Notes: generated by a model from the sequence alone, not told the origin. 41,340 nt of DNA from Phycisphaerales bacterium (GCA_038323185.1 JBBQGR010000001.1:1-41340), one strand, 5' to 3'; shown: positions 31,513-40,703, counted from the stretch's first letter. Translations and numbers: made by a program.

Positions 31513-32901
31513 ATGAAAATTAACACAAACATCATTGTGGCGTCGGGTTCGGTCGTGTCCTGCAGTGGTGTCCGCTTCGCCTTTGTCGCAGCGGGGTGTG
31601 CGCTGGTGCTCTCGGCAGGGCTGGCGCGGGGGCAAGTGACGGATGAGGTGACAGATCAGGTGACAGGTCAGGTGACAGGTCAGGTGGCAGGTCAAGCGAC
31701 GGATGACGGCACTGCGTTCGCGGCGGAGCGAAGTGTCGATCAGGGGCGCGCGTACGAGCGCGAGCTGCTGACGGACGCCGCGAGGCGGGTGAGCATGGCC
31801 TCGGAAGGCGCGACGGCAGGGATGAACTCTCGCGGCTTCTTCCTGAGCGATGGCGACGCCATGACGCTGCAGCTGGGCGGTTCGGTCCAGTTCCGCTATG
31901 CCGCGAACATCCGAGAAGAGCCCCCCGCTGGGCAGGAGGACTTCACGCAAGGGTTCGAGTTCCGGCGCATGCGCCTCTGGACGCAGGGCACGCTCTGGGC
32001 CAAGGAGCTGACGTACAAGCTCGAGATCGAGACGCAGAAGAACGGGGGTGAGCTCGAGTTCTACGAGGGCTACTTCGACTACGCGTTCTCGGAGGCCACC
32101 AGCCTGCGCGTCGGCCAGTTACGGCTGCCCGTGCTTCGCGAGGAGCTCATCAGCTCGACGGCGCAGCTACTGACGGATCGCTCACTGGTCAACTCGATCT
32201 TCACAGTCGCGACGGGGCAGGGCATCACGCTCACGCACCGGACCGAGAACTTCCGCGTCATCGGTGCCTTCTCCGACGGGGGCAAGACGCAGAACACGTC
32301 CTTCACCTCGAGCGCGGAGGCGGACTACGCCCTCTCCGGGCGCGCGGACGTGCGCTGGGGTGAGCTTGACTGGAAGGGGTACGACAAGAGCACGTCGTGG
32401 CAGGGGAACAAGTCCGGCGGACTCGCCGGTGCGGCGATCCACTACCAAGACGGCGGCGAGACCGGCGGCACCACCGACTCCAGCACCCTCCTCTACACCG
32501 CCGATGTGAACTTCAAGGGCAGCGGCTGGAACGTCTTTGGCATGGGCGTCGGGCGCAAAACGGACCCGGCTGGCGGCACCTCCTTTGATGACTTCGGAGC
32601 CATGGTCCAAGGCGGCGTCTTTGTCACAGAGCAGGTCGAGCCCTTCGCGCGCTTCCAGGCCATCTTCCCCGACAGCGACCGCTCGGGCGGATCAGACGAC
32701 TTCTACTCGGTGGTGGTTGGCGGCAACTACTACGTCTCGCCCAGGAGCAGTGCCTTCACGCTGACGGGCGAGGTTGAGGTCACGCTCTCTGATCAGGCGT
32801 CCTCCGGCTCGCTCGTAAGCCCGAGCAACAACTACAACATCCTCGCCGACTCGGGAGACAACCAGGTCATCGTCCGGCTGCAGGCACAGCTCTTGTTCTG
32901 A
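31513..32901 (+). CDS. putative outer-membrane porin (beta-barrel) with an N-terminal tetrapeptide repeat
   Basis: Signal peptide (...ALVLSAGLARGQ), a (Q/E)VT(D/G) repeat, then a long beta-rich region (FEFRRMRLWTQG, resembling the phosphate-porin style FxxRRARL). The C-terminus ...VRLQAQLLF ends in Phe. Confidence 0.55.
   Translation: MKINTNIIVASGSVVSCSGVRFAFVAAGCALVLSAGLARGQVTDEVTDQVTGQVTGQVAGQATDDGTAFAAERSVDQGRAYERELLTDAARRVSMASEGATAGMNSRGFFLSDGDAMTLQLGGSVQFRYAANIREEPPAGQEDFTQGFEFRRMRLWTQGTLWAKELTYKLEIETQKNGGELEFYEGYFDYAFSEATSLRVGQLRLPVLREELISSTAQLLTDRSLVNSIFTVATGQGITLTHRTENFRVIGAFSDGGKTQNTSFTSSAEADYALSGRADVRWGELDWKGYDKSTSWQGNKSGGLAGAAIHYQDGGETGGTTDSSTLLYTADVNFKGSGWNVFGMGVGRKTDPAGGTSFDDFGAMVQGGVFVTEQVEPFARFQAIFPDSDRSGGSDDFYSVVVGGNYYVSPRSSAFTLTGEVEVTLSDQASSGSLVSPSNNYNILADSGDNQVIVRLQAQLLF
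31636..31707 (+). repeat. 6 x 12-bp in-frame tandem repeat (GTGACAGGTCAG-like) inside the porin gene
   Basis: Units are gtgacggatgag / gtgacagatcag / gtgacaggtcag / gtgacaggtcag / gtggcaggtcaa / gcgacggatgac, encoding VTDEVTDQVTGQVTGQVAGQATDD. Confidence 0.9.
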
Positions 32902-33024
32902 TGGGAGCGGCAGCGGTCGGGGGACGGGCAGAGCTTTACTGCCAGTTCGAGTGTTGTCGTCATCGCGCTGGACGCTACGGCGTCGCGCGGCGTTCTTGTG
33001 ATGTCATCGCGGTATCATGGCGCC

Positions 33025-35166
33025 ATGCCGACCACGCCCGATCCTGTGCAGTCTCAGGCTGTTTCTTCGACGCTCGTCGAGAACCGCATCTTCCCAACGC
33101 GGCCGTCGCGTGAGCTTGGGTTTGATTCTTGGCACGTCTCCTCGATGGAGGAGTATCGCCAGCTCCACAAGCGATCAATCTCTGATCCTGCCGGGTTCTG
33201 GGCCGAGGAAGCGTCGCGGCTTGCTTGGTTCAAGCGCTGGGCAAAGGTGCTGGAGTGGAACGCGCCGGACGCGAAGTGGTTCGGCGGCGGCACGCTCAAC
33301 GCCTGCTTCAACTGCGTGGATCGGCACGTGCAGGCGGGATTTGGAGAGGCCGTTGCGCTCATCTGGGAGGGTGAGCCTGTCACGCCGCGGACGAGCCATG
33401 CGGTCAAGGGCAGCGACTATTCGAGCGAGCCACAGGTGCGGACGCTGACGTATCGCGCGCTGCAGCAGGAGGTCTCGCGGTTTGCGAACGTGCTGCTGGA
33501 CCTTGGTGTGGCGCGTGGCGATGTCGTGACGATCTACATGCCCATGGTGCCGGAACTTTCGGTGGCGATGCTGGCGTGCGCTCGCATCGGCGCGGCCCAC
33601 TCGGTGATCTTCGGTGGCTTTGCGCCCGGCGCGATCTCCGACCGAGCCATCGACGCTTCCAGCCGCGTGATCGTGACGGCCGATGGCGGGTACCGGCGCG
33701 GCGAGGTTGTAGCGCTCCAGAAGAACGTGGAGGAGGCGGTGGCGATGTGCGCCAACCATGGGCACATCATCAACCATGTCGTGGTGCTCAAGCACACGGC
33801 GCACGAGCGCCCTTCGCAGCGGTTTGCGAGTGGTTCGTCGCGCGTGGCGTCGGCGCCCGCGACGCGCTTCCACTGGTGGCACGATCGCGCCGCGATGGTC
33901 TCGGACGCGTGCCCGTGCGCCGCCATGGAGAGCGAAGAGATGCTCTTCCTCCTCTACACGTCTGGCTCTACCGGCAAGCCCAAGGGCATCGTGCACACGA
34001 CGGGCGGATACCTGACGCACGTCAACATGACCTCGCGCCTCACGTTCAACATGCAGCCCGATCAAGGCCAGGTCTTTTGGTGCTCGGCCGACATCGGCTG
34101 GATCACGGGGCACAGCTATGTGCTCTATGGCCCGATGATGAACAGGATCCCGACACTGATGTACGAGGGTGCGCCCAACTTCCCGACGATGGAAGGAGGC
34201 AAGGGAGACCGCTTCTGGGAGATCATCGCGCGCCACAGGGTCACGCAGTTCTACACCGCGCCCACCGCAATCCGCACGTTCATGAAATGGGGCGATAATC
34301 TGCCAGCGAAGCACGACCTCTCCAGCCTGCGTCTGCTGGGCACGGTGGGCGAGCCCATCAACCCCGAGGCCTGGATCTGGTACCACACGCAGATCGGACG
34401 CGAGAAGTGTCCGATCGTCGACACCTACTGGCAGACCGAGACGGGCGGGCATGTCTGCACGCCGCTGCCCGGCGCGGTCGCGACCAAGCCCGGAAGCTGC
34501 ACGGTACCGATGCTCGGCATCGACGCGGCGATCGTGAACGAGCAGGGTCAGGAGATCGGCGCGAACCAAGGCGGGCTCTTTGTGATTCGCAAGCCTTGGC
34601 CCGGCATGCTCCGTGGCGTCTTCGGCAATCGCGAACGCTTCGTGAGCAACTACTGGGGACGCGTCAAGGATCCCGCGACGGGCGAGCCCTTCTACTTCAG
34701 CGCGGACGGAGCAAGGCGCGACCACGACGGCTACTTCTGGATCCAGGGCCGAGTCGACGACGTGATCAAAGTGAGCGGGCACCTTTTGGGCACGATGGAG
34801 GTCGAGAGCGCGCTCGTGAGCCATCCCGGCGTCGCCGAGGCCGCGGTGGTGGGCGTGCCGCACGAGATCAAGGGCAACGCGATCTGCGCGTTCGTCACGC
34901 TGCGCCCGAACTGGCTCATCAAGAACGCGCGCCAGCCCGACGAAGCGCTGAAGAAGGAACTCGCGGCTCACGTCGCGAAGGAACTAGGGGCGATGGCCCG
35001 CCCTGATCAAGTGCGCTTTGCCGAGGGGCTCCCAAAGACGCGCAGCGGCAAGATCATGCGAAGACTGCTGCGCGATGTCGCGGCGGGAGTCGAGAAGATC
35101 ACGCAGGACACGTCAACCCTCGAAGACTTCAGCGTGGTCAGCAAGCTGCGGCAGGATGAGGAGTAG
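33025..35166 (+). CDS. acs: acetyl-CoA synthetase (acetate--CoA ligase)
   Basis: SISDPAGFWAEEASRLAWFKRW, AMP-binding YTSGSTGKPKGIVHTTGGY, YWQTETGG, and PKTRSGKIMRRLLRD. The start is uncertain (GTG 32998, ATG 33001 or ATG 33025). Confidence 0.9.
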   Translation: MPTTPDPVQSQAVSSTLVENRIFPTRPSRELGFDSWHVSSMEEYRQLHKRSISDPAGFWAEEASRLAWFKRWAKVLEWNAPDAKWFGGGTLNACFNCVDRHVQAGFGEAVALIWEGEPVTPRTSHAVKGSDYSSEPQVRTLTYRALQQEVSRFANVLLDLGVARGDVVTIYMPMVPELSVAMLACARIGAAHSVIFGGFAPGAISDRAIDASSRVIVTADGGYRRGEVVALQKNVEEAVAMCANHGHIINHVVVLKHTAHERPSQRFASGSSRVASAPATRFHWWHDRAAMVSDACPCAAMESEEMLFLLYTSGSTGKPKGIVHTTGGYLTHVNMTSRLTFNMQPDQGQVFWCSADIGWITGHSYVLYGPMMNRIPTLMYEGAPNFPTMEGGKGDRFWEIIARHRVTQFYTAPTAIRTFMKWGDNLPAKHDLSSLRLLGTVGEPINPEAWIWYHTQIGREKCPIVDTYWQTETGGHVCTPLPGAVATKPGSCTVPMLGIDAAIVNEQGQEIGANQGGLFVIRKPWPGMLRGVFGNRERFVSNYWGRVKDPATGEPFYFSADGARRDHDGYFWIQGRVDDVIKVSGHLLGTMEVESALVSHPGVAEAAVVGVPHEIKGNAICAFVTLRPNWLIKNARQPDEALKKELAAHVAKELGAMARPDQVRFAEGLPKTRSGKIMRRLLRDVAAGVEKITQDTSTLEDFSVVSKLRQDEE

Positions 35167-35172
35167 AAGAAA

Positions 35173-35454
35173 ATGAAGACTGGCGCGAAACACGTACTTC
35201 TGAGCATGGCCGCAGTCATGGGCCTCATCGGCGCGGGCCTGCTTGGCCGCGGTTGTGTCGCGAATCGGCGGCTGGTCGAAGTCATTCCAACCGGGCCTGT
35301 GACACGCAATGGCTTCACACACCCCGGACCCTCGCAGGGGTACAAGTGGGTGACCGACGCAGACCTTCTCAATCCGGGCGACATGTGGAAGCCGGTCGAG
35401 CTGGAATCGCTGAGCGAGGCTGAGCGAGCTCGCGTGCCGAGCCGTTGGTGGTAG
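35173..35454 (+). CDS. hypothetical small exported protein or lipoprotein
   Basis: 93 aa. The signal-like N-terminus MKTGAKHVLLSMAAVMGLIGAGLLGRGC has a possible lipobox Cys. The ATG is 6 nt after the acs stop, with GAGGAG upstream. No family recognised. Confidence 0.45.
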   Translation: MKTGAKHVLLSMAAVMGLIGAGLLGRGCVANRRLVEVIPTGPVTRNGFTHPGPSQGYKWVTDADLLNPGDMWKPVELESLSEAERARVPSRWW

Positions 35455-35505
35455 CGCTGACGTGATGGTGTGGGGGTTGGCAAAGACCGTCTCAGAGCAG
35501 ATGGT

Positions 35506-35562
35506 CGTGGCACAAATGTGGCACAAGCGTGGCGCAAGCGTGGCACAAGCGTGGTGCAAAAG
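35506..35562. repeat. 5 x 11-bp tandem repeat (GTGGCACAAGC consensus; the last unit is 13 bp)
   Basis: Units are GTGGCACAAAT / GTGGCACAAGC / GTGGCGCAAGC / GTGGCACAAGC / GTGGTGCAAAAGC. They lie in a convergent intergenic region. Confidence 0.9.
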
Positions 35563-35566
35563 CAGA

Positions 35567-35586
35567 ACCACCCGCTTTCGCGGGCG
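35567..35586 (-). terminator. candidate intrinsic terminator of the lamin-tail/dockerin-like gene
   Basis: On the minus strand, the hairpin CCGCCCGC-GAAA-GCGGGTGG (one mismatch) is followed by TTCTGCTTTTGC. It lies about 75 nt downstream of the stop at 35662. Confidence 0.5.
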
Positions 35587-35661
35587 GCTCTGGCAGGTTC
35601 ACATGTGGGCGAGCACACCATCGGCTTGCGCCGCTGGCTCTGTAGGACCGGTCTGAAGGAC

Positions 35662-36657
35662 TTAGAGGGCGCAGGTGCCGCTGACCACGAAGGCCGCGAG
35701 GATCTGGGCGTCGGTCAGGTCGGCGTTCTCGTCGCCGTTGAGGTCGCCGTCGAGCCAGTTGGCCTCGGGGGTGAGGAGACCGACGAAGACCTGCGCCATC
35801 TGCTGCGCGTCGGTCAGGTCGATGTTCTCGTCCTGGTTGAAGTCGTAGTTGCAGGTGGGGCCGCCGCCGCCGCAGGCATCGGAGCCGATGTTGGCCGCGC
35901 CCGGGGTGACCTCCCAGAACTCCGAGAGGGTGCAGTCGCCGCCGACCACGGCGATGGTCTCGAGAGGATCGTTGAAGAAGGGGCCGGGGAGCGTGCCGAG
36001 CACGTCCATGGACCAGGCGCAATCGCAGATGCGCGTGAAGACGTCGGCCGTGAAGCGGTCGTTCACGTCGCGGGGATCGGAGGCGTCGATGCCGCCGAGT
36101 TGGGTAGCGTACTGGATGCCGCGCGCCGGGTCGTTGGGCGGGCTTCCAGCGGGGCCGTCGGTGAGCCAGCCAAAGGAGTCAACGATGCGGGTCCAAGGCT
36201 GGGAGTCGAGGATGCCGTCGTTGTCGACGTCGAGGTCCTGGCCCAGAGAACCGCTGAAGCCCTCGACGATGATGAAGGTGTTGGCGCCGTTCTCGATGTC
36301 CGGGGTGAAGCTGGCGACGACGACCGTGGTGGCGGGGTCGGCATCCGGGATGAAGGGGCCGGGCGTGCCGAAGGGCTCGCGCAGGAGGAGCAGGTTGTTG
36401 GAGCCAGTGAGGCCACTGAGAGGAATGGCCTGATCGATGATGCCAGCGACACAGCCAGCGCCACAGTCGCCCTCGATGACCACCAGCGTCAGGCCCGTCA
36501 GGTTAAAGCCCGGCGTGCCGCTCTTAAACTCGAAGAACTCGTAGCCATTGTCGGTGCCCGGGGGGTTGACCATAACCTCGTTGAAGACGACCTGGGCCGA
36601 GGCGGCGCCAGCAAACATGGACAGGGCGAGGACCGCGGACAGCTTGTTGAACGACAT
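35662..36657 (-). CDS. secreted protein with an N-terminal lamin-tail domain and two C-terminal dockerin/EF-hand-like Ca-binding repeats
   Basis: Signal peptide MSFNKLSAVLALSMFAGAASAQ. LTD signature VVFNEVMVNPPGTDNGYEFFEFK. C-terminal DFNQDENIDLTDAQQMAQVFVG and DLNGDENADLTDAQILAAFV (DxNxDxxxDxxD loops). GAGGAG lies 9 nt upstream of ATG 36657. Confidence 0.65.
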   Translation of the reverse strand: MSFNKLSAVLALSMFAGAASAQVVFNEVMVNPPGTDNGYEFFEFKSGTPGFNLTGLTLVVIEGDCGAGCVAGIIDQAIPLSGLTGSNNLLLLREPFGTPGPFIPDADPATTVVVASFTPDIENGANTFIIVEGFSGSLGQDLDVDNDGILDSQPWTRIVDSFGWLTDGPAGSPPNDPARGIQYATQLGGIDASDPRDVNDRFTADVFTRICDCAWSMDVLGTLPGPFFNDPLETIAVVGGDCTLSEFWEVTPGAANIGSDACGGGGPTCNYDFNQDENIDLTDAQQMAQVFVGLLTPEANWLDGDLNGDENADLTDAQILAAFVVSGTCAL

Positions 36658-36881
36658 TGAAACACTCCTCAGTAAATTCGGCCAAGCCGCGTCGCGGCGT
36701 CGGCCTGATCTCTCGGTCGCGGGGATCCTGACAATCACCGCGCCAGCGGGCACACGCTCCGCCGGTTCACTGCGAGCCTCCCGTTCCTTTCCACAGGGCT
36801 GGGGGGCAACTAAGCGGTAAGGAAAGTGCCACGCCGTCGGTCCTTGGCGGGCACGTGCGGCAGGAGGTCTCTCTTCGCCAA

Positions 36882-37871
36882 TCACCAGTTCAGGCCCGAG
36901 CGGGTCAGCCACCCGCCGTAGACTTTGCCTTCGAGCTCGTCGTAGGTCGCGGTCTGGTAGCCGTTGTAGGTGCGGGTCGAAGCGCCCCACATGCCGTCGC
37001 GGACCACGCCGTCCCCGAAGATCGCAACGTGACCGTCGCCAAAGACGAGGTGGCCGTACATGCGGTCGTGGTCCTTGGACTGGTCGTCGATCTTGGGGCC
37101 CTTGCCGTGGGCGGGGCCAAAGTCGTCAAAGTCCTGGCGTCCGGTGCCACGAGCGTTAAGGACCGGCACGCGGCTCATGGGATAGGGACCGTCGGTTAGC
37201 GCCTTGGAGCCGGGCACCGCAACGCCGTTGATCACGACCATGTTGGCCTCATCGAGATTGGTCTCAACCGTGCCGTCGCCCAGAAGCGGGACCAGCGACG
37301 GGGAGGATGTAATCCCGATCGACTTCTCGTTCAAGGGCCCGATCAGCCGCTGACGATTCTTGAAGTCGTTGACCTGGCGGTGGTCCTTCACGTCTGTGTG
37401 GGCCATGACCCAGGACTGGGCGTAGTTCGTGTTGAAGCCGCGCCGGATCAGGTCGGAGACTTCGCCGTTGCTAAAGGTCCGATAGACCGCGCCGCTATTG
37501 AGGCGCGAGGCATTCAGGTTCTGCGAAGCTCTCCCGGGGCTCGAAGGACAGAGCAGATTTCCGGGGATGGCGTACTCACCGATCACAAAGTCGGCCACCC
37601 AGCCAGTGGTATCCATGGGTCCATACCCCTCCTCCAGGCTGTTGTCCCAGGAACCTGAGTTGTAGTAGCCGCGGCTGGAGTTGGAATAGGCGAGGGAGGC
37701 CACGCCAAGCTGACGCAGGTTGCTGGCGCACTTGATGGTGCGGGCGGTCTCGCGGGCGACTCCCATTGCGGGGAGAAGGATCCCGATGAGCACCGCGATG
37801 ATCGCAATCACCACAAGCAGCTCAATGAGCGTAAAGGCACGATATGCGGGGGCGGTATGGGGGCGATACAT
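36882..37871 (-). CDS. DUF1559-type protein with a prepilin N-terminal cleavage/methylation domain (pseudopilin-like)
   Basis: [52 protein letters not shown], plus a C-terminal [14 protein letters not shown] (H-X9-DG-like). Confidence 0.8.
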   Translation of the reverse strand: MYRPHTAPAYRAFTLIELLVVIAIIAVLIGILLPAMGVARETARTIKCASNLRQLGVASLAYSNSSRGYYNSGSWDNSLEEGYGPMDTTGWVADFVIGEYAIPGNLLCPSSPGRASQNLNASRLNSGAVYRTFSNGEVSDLIRRGFNTNYAQSWVMAHTDVKDHRQVNDFKNRQRLIGPLNEKSIGITSSPSLVPLLGDGTVETNLDEANMVVINGVAVPGSKALTDGPYPMSRVPVLNARGTGRQDFDDFGPAHGKGPKIDDQSKDHDRMYGHLVFGDGHVAIFGDGVVRDGMWGASTRTYNGYQTATYDELEGKVYGGWLTRSGLNW

Positions 37872-38336
37872 CGGTCAACTCCGGGGTTTGCGAAGTCGGG
37901 CGAACGATGGGCCCGCAGATTGGCTGAAGTATTGCTCGGAGCTTTCTGTAACACATTCACGTTGAGTTAAGGTTCGATCAATTATTGGTCGGGGTATGCC
38001 TTCCACCTGAGCAGAAACGCTGGCGTAAGTGCCTGAAGGAGGGTTGATTAAGCGTGCATGAAGAAGGTCTTGCGCACCGGGGCTTCTACGCGAGGGTTCT
38101 TCGCGCGTTCTGAACTCGGGCGTCGCGCCCCGAGCGGCGCGGCTGGCGGCGGCTGCGGGGTGATGGGGAGCAGCATGAGGGAATCGCACCAGACGCTGGC
38201 CGATGGTGGGGTTGTGCCGTTCATTCGTGTTCTGTGGAGGGGGAAGGTTGGGGGAAGGCGTGAACGGGTGCCTCCCAAAGGCCGATAGCGACCGGTCTCT
38301 CTCTCGAGTCCGACCTGGTCGCCCGAGGAACCCGCC

Positions 38337-40262
38337 GTGGTGCAGAACCAAGAAACGACGCAGATCGAGGTGGCACCGGCCGCACCGACTCCCGCCGCGC
38401 GGGCGAGCGTGCCGCGCGTTCGTCGGCGTGGGTTGCTCTCGCATGGCGAGGGCGCGGTGGCGCGGGTGGGCATCGTGACCGCCGCGCTGGTGGTTGGGGT
38501 GCTGAGTCTTTCTTCGTGGTGGACGCTGCGGACGTACCACGCGCAGGAGCAGGCGTCGCGTGAGCGTGAGCTGCTGAGCGTGTCGGGCGTGCTCACAAGC
38601 TCGATCGAGTCGCTGATGAGAAACGGCGACATCACGGGGGTGCGCCGGCTCGTCGCGGATGCGGCGGTGCTGCAGGGCCTGAGTGGATGCCGCGTGGTGA
38701 TTGACGGGGTCGGCATCCTTGCCGATGCGGAGCCATCGCGCATCACGGTTGCCAAGCTGCCGGAAGCGAAGGGCAACGCCGTGGCGGTGTCCGAGGGACT
38801 TACGTCGGGGTCGCTGGATCGTGGCGAGGGTGGGCGGCTTCGCGTGCGGACTTCGCTGGCTGTTGCGGGGCAGAATGATCTAGCGCTGGAGGTCTCTCGC
38901 GCGGGCACCGCAAGCACGTTTGGGCCTTGGGAAGTGCAGGCTGGCATTGCTGGCATCGCGGCGCTTGGGATGGGTGGCCTGCTGATGGCGTATCGCCAGA
39001 TGCGGATGCGGTGGCGCGGGCTTGGAGCCATCCGCGAGTCGTTGATGATCGAGGCGCAGGGCGATGCGGTGGCGGGCGAGCTTGAGGTTGGCGAGGCGAT
39101 GGGTCCCGAGGCCGCGGCGTGGAATGGCGTCGTGCGCGAGCGTGAGAAGCTGCGCCGGCTGCTCGCGCTGGAGGGGGCAGCGGAGAAGATCGCGCAGCGC
39201 TCGGGCGCGGGTGGAGAGCTCTCCGCGGCGTGCGACGCGATGTGGCATGGGCTGCTGGTGCTGGACGACAAGGCACGGATCACGTATGCGAATGGCGCGG
39301 CGGCGGTGCTGCTGAACGTCAAGCGTGAGGAACTGCTCGAGAAGCCGGTGCGAGAGGTCTTTGAGGATGAGTCGATCGCCACCGCGGCCGAGGCGCTGGC
39401 GACGGGCCGGACACGGCAGCGAGCGATCGCGGACGTGACGCGTCCTGGCACGGAGCGGACGGTGCTGCGACTGACGGCCAAGCCGATGCGCCGTGAGGAG
39501 TCGGGGCGAGCGATCGTTGTGGTGGAGGACGTGACGCAGCAGAAGGTGGCGGAAGAGAGCCGCGGCGCTTTTGTGGCGCAGGCCACGCACGAGCTTCGCA
39601 CGCCGCTGACGAACATTCGCTTGTATGTCGAGACGCTGGTGGAAGAGGGGGAGACGGATCCCGCGGTGAGGGCCAAGTGCCTGAACGTTGTGCAGTCTGA
39701 GGTGCGGCGGCTTGAGCGCATCGTGGGCGACATGCTGAGCGTTGCGGAGATCGAGGCCGGGCAGCTGAAGCTTCGGAGCGCCGAGGTGCGGCTGGATCAG
39801 CTCTTCGCGGAGCTTGAGGCGGACCTGCGCGTCGGCGCGGAGGACAAGGAGATCAAGCTCGTCTTTGATCTGCCGCCAAAGTTCGGGGTGATGAGCGCGG
39901 ACCGGGACAAGCTCATGCTCGCGCTCCACAACATCGTGGGCAACGCGATCAAGTACACGCCCGCGGGCGGGACGGTGTCGGTGCGCGTGACGGAGGAGGG
40001 GCCTCACCTGCGGGTGGATGTGGTGGACAACGGCATCGGCATCAAGGCCGAGGAGCAGGAGCTGGTCTTCGAGCGGTTCTATCGCGCGAAGGACCGGCGC
40101 CTGGCCAACATCACGGGCTCGGGGATCGGGCTTGCGCTGGCGCGGCAGGTAGTTCGCTTGCACGGCGGCGACATCACGGTCGCGAGCGCGATCGACAAGG
40201 GGAGCACCTTCACGATCACGGTCCCGATCTCGAATGGACTATCTATGCGTGCTGCGGCGTAG
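38337..40262 (+). CDS. membrane sensor histidine kinase (2 TM, periplasmic domain, PAS-like, HisKA, HATPase_c)
   Basis: H-box FVAQATHELRTPLTNIRLY, N-box LHNIVGNAIKYTP, and G-boxes DNGIGI and GSGIGLALARQVVRLHGGDITV. PAS-like LLVLDDKARITYANGAAAVLLNV. GTG start is uncertain. Confidence 0.85.
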   Translation: MVQNQETTQIEVAPAAPTPAARASVPRVRRRGLLSHGEGAVARVGIVTAALVVGVLSLSSWWTLRTYHAQEQASRERELLSVSGVLTSSIESLMRNGDITGVRRLVADAAVLQGLSGCRVVIDGVGILADAEPSRITVAKLPEAKGNAVAVSEGLTSGSLDRGEGGRLRVRTSLAVAGQNDLALEVSRAGTASTFGPWEVQAGIAGIAALGMGGLLMAYRQMRMRWRGLGAIRESLMIEAQGDAVAGELEVGEAMGPEAAAWNGVVREREKLRRLLALEGAAEKIAQRSGAGGELSAACDAMWHGLLVLDDKARITYANGAAAVLLNVKREELLEKPVREVFEDESIATAAEALATGRTRQRAIADVTRPGTERTVLRLTAKPMRREESGRAIVVVEDVTQQKVAEESRGAFVAQATHELRTPLTNIRLYVETLVEEGETDPAVRAKCLNVVQSEVRRLERIVGDMLSVAEIEAGQLKLRSAEVRLDQLFAELEADLRVGAEDKEIKLVFDLPPKFGVMSADRDKLMLALHNIVGNAIKYTPAGGTVSVRVTEEGPHLRVDVVDNGIGIKAEEQELVFERFYRAKDRRLANITGSGIGLALARQVVRLHGGDITVASAIDKGSTFTITVPISNGLSMRAAA

Positions 40263-40316
40263 GGATGGGATCGAATCGGATCGAGGGGGAGCGAGCACGA
40301 CGTGGAGAAGCGCTGA

Positions 40317-40652
40317 ATGGAGATCCAGGAACAACGCCAGGGTGCCGTGACGGTGCTCAAGCCGTGCGGGCCGCTGATCATGGGCGACGCCACCGAGTTT
40401 GGCCAGCGTCTGAGCGAGGTCGTGACGCGGAGTCTGGGGCGGCTTGTGGTGGATGCTTCGGGCGTTGCGTATGTGGATAGCACCGGGCTTGAGACGCTGG
40501 TAGCAGCGACGGAGGACATGGCGGCGGGCGGTCGCGCTTTGCGGCTGTGCGGAGCAAACGAGACGGTGCGCGAAGTGCTGGATCTGACGGGACTTTCGGA
40601 TCGGTTCGAGCACTACGAGGATCTGACGACGGCGGTGCGAAGCTTTCTTTGA
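40317..40652 (+). CDS. STAS-domain protein (anti-sigma-factor-antagonist-like)
   Basis: 111 aa. GAVTVLKPCGPLIMGDATEFGQRLSEVV...LVVDASGVAYVDSTGLETLV...ALRLCGANETVREVLDLTGL fits SpoIIAA/RsbV, with the conserved Ser retained in DSTGL. Confidence 0.8.
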   Translation: MEIQEQRQGAVTVLKPCGPLIMGDATEFGQRLSEVVTRSLGRLVVDASGVAYVDSTGLETLVAATEDMAAGGRALRLCGANETVREVLDLTGLSDRFEHYEDLTTAVRSFL

Positions 40653-40703
40653 GCGTGTTGCCTGTGTGGTCATGAGATGGAGCGGTGAGGTTGTGAGATC
40701 GTG

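Noticed and set aside
33175-34971. 598-aa minus-strand ORF
   Set aside because: It is antisense to acs, which has canonical AMP-binding motifs on the plus strand. The composition is Arg/His/Asp-rich and no family signature is present.
35506-35562. Sigma-54 promoter, because of the repeated TGGCAC
   Set aside because: No TTGC(A/T) element follows at the required spacing on either strand, and the region lies between convergent genes. It is also not a CRISPR array: the units are 11 bp with no spacers.
35470-36660. 396-aa plus-strand ORF
   Set aside because: It is antisense to the lamin-tail/dockerin-like gene, which has a signal peptide, an RBS and domain motifs. The plus-strand translation is Gly/Ala/Val/Asp/Glu low complexity.
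37960-37990. tRNA T-loop-like GGTTCGATC
   Set aside because: The flanking bases do not form a T-stem (TAAGG versus AATTA), and no acceptor or anticodon arms can be drawn. I recognised no tRNA elsewhere in the window.
38058-38288. 76-aa ORF in the DUF1559 / histidine-kinase divergent region
   Set aside because: The composition is Gly/Arg-rich, there is no RBS or motif, and it overlaps a probable promoter region. Support is insufficient.
38048-39733. 561-aa minus-strand ORF
   Set aside because: It is antisense to the histidine kinase, whose H, N and G boxes are unambiguous on the plus strand. The translation is Ser/Arg/Pro/Ala-rich with no motifs. This is a typical open-frame artefact of high G+C.
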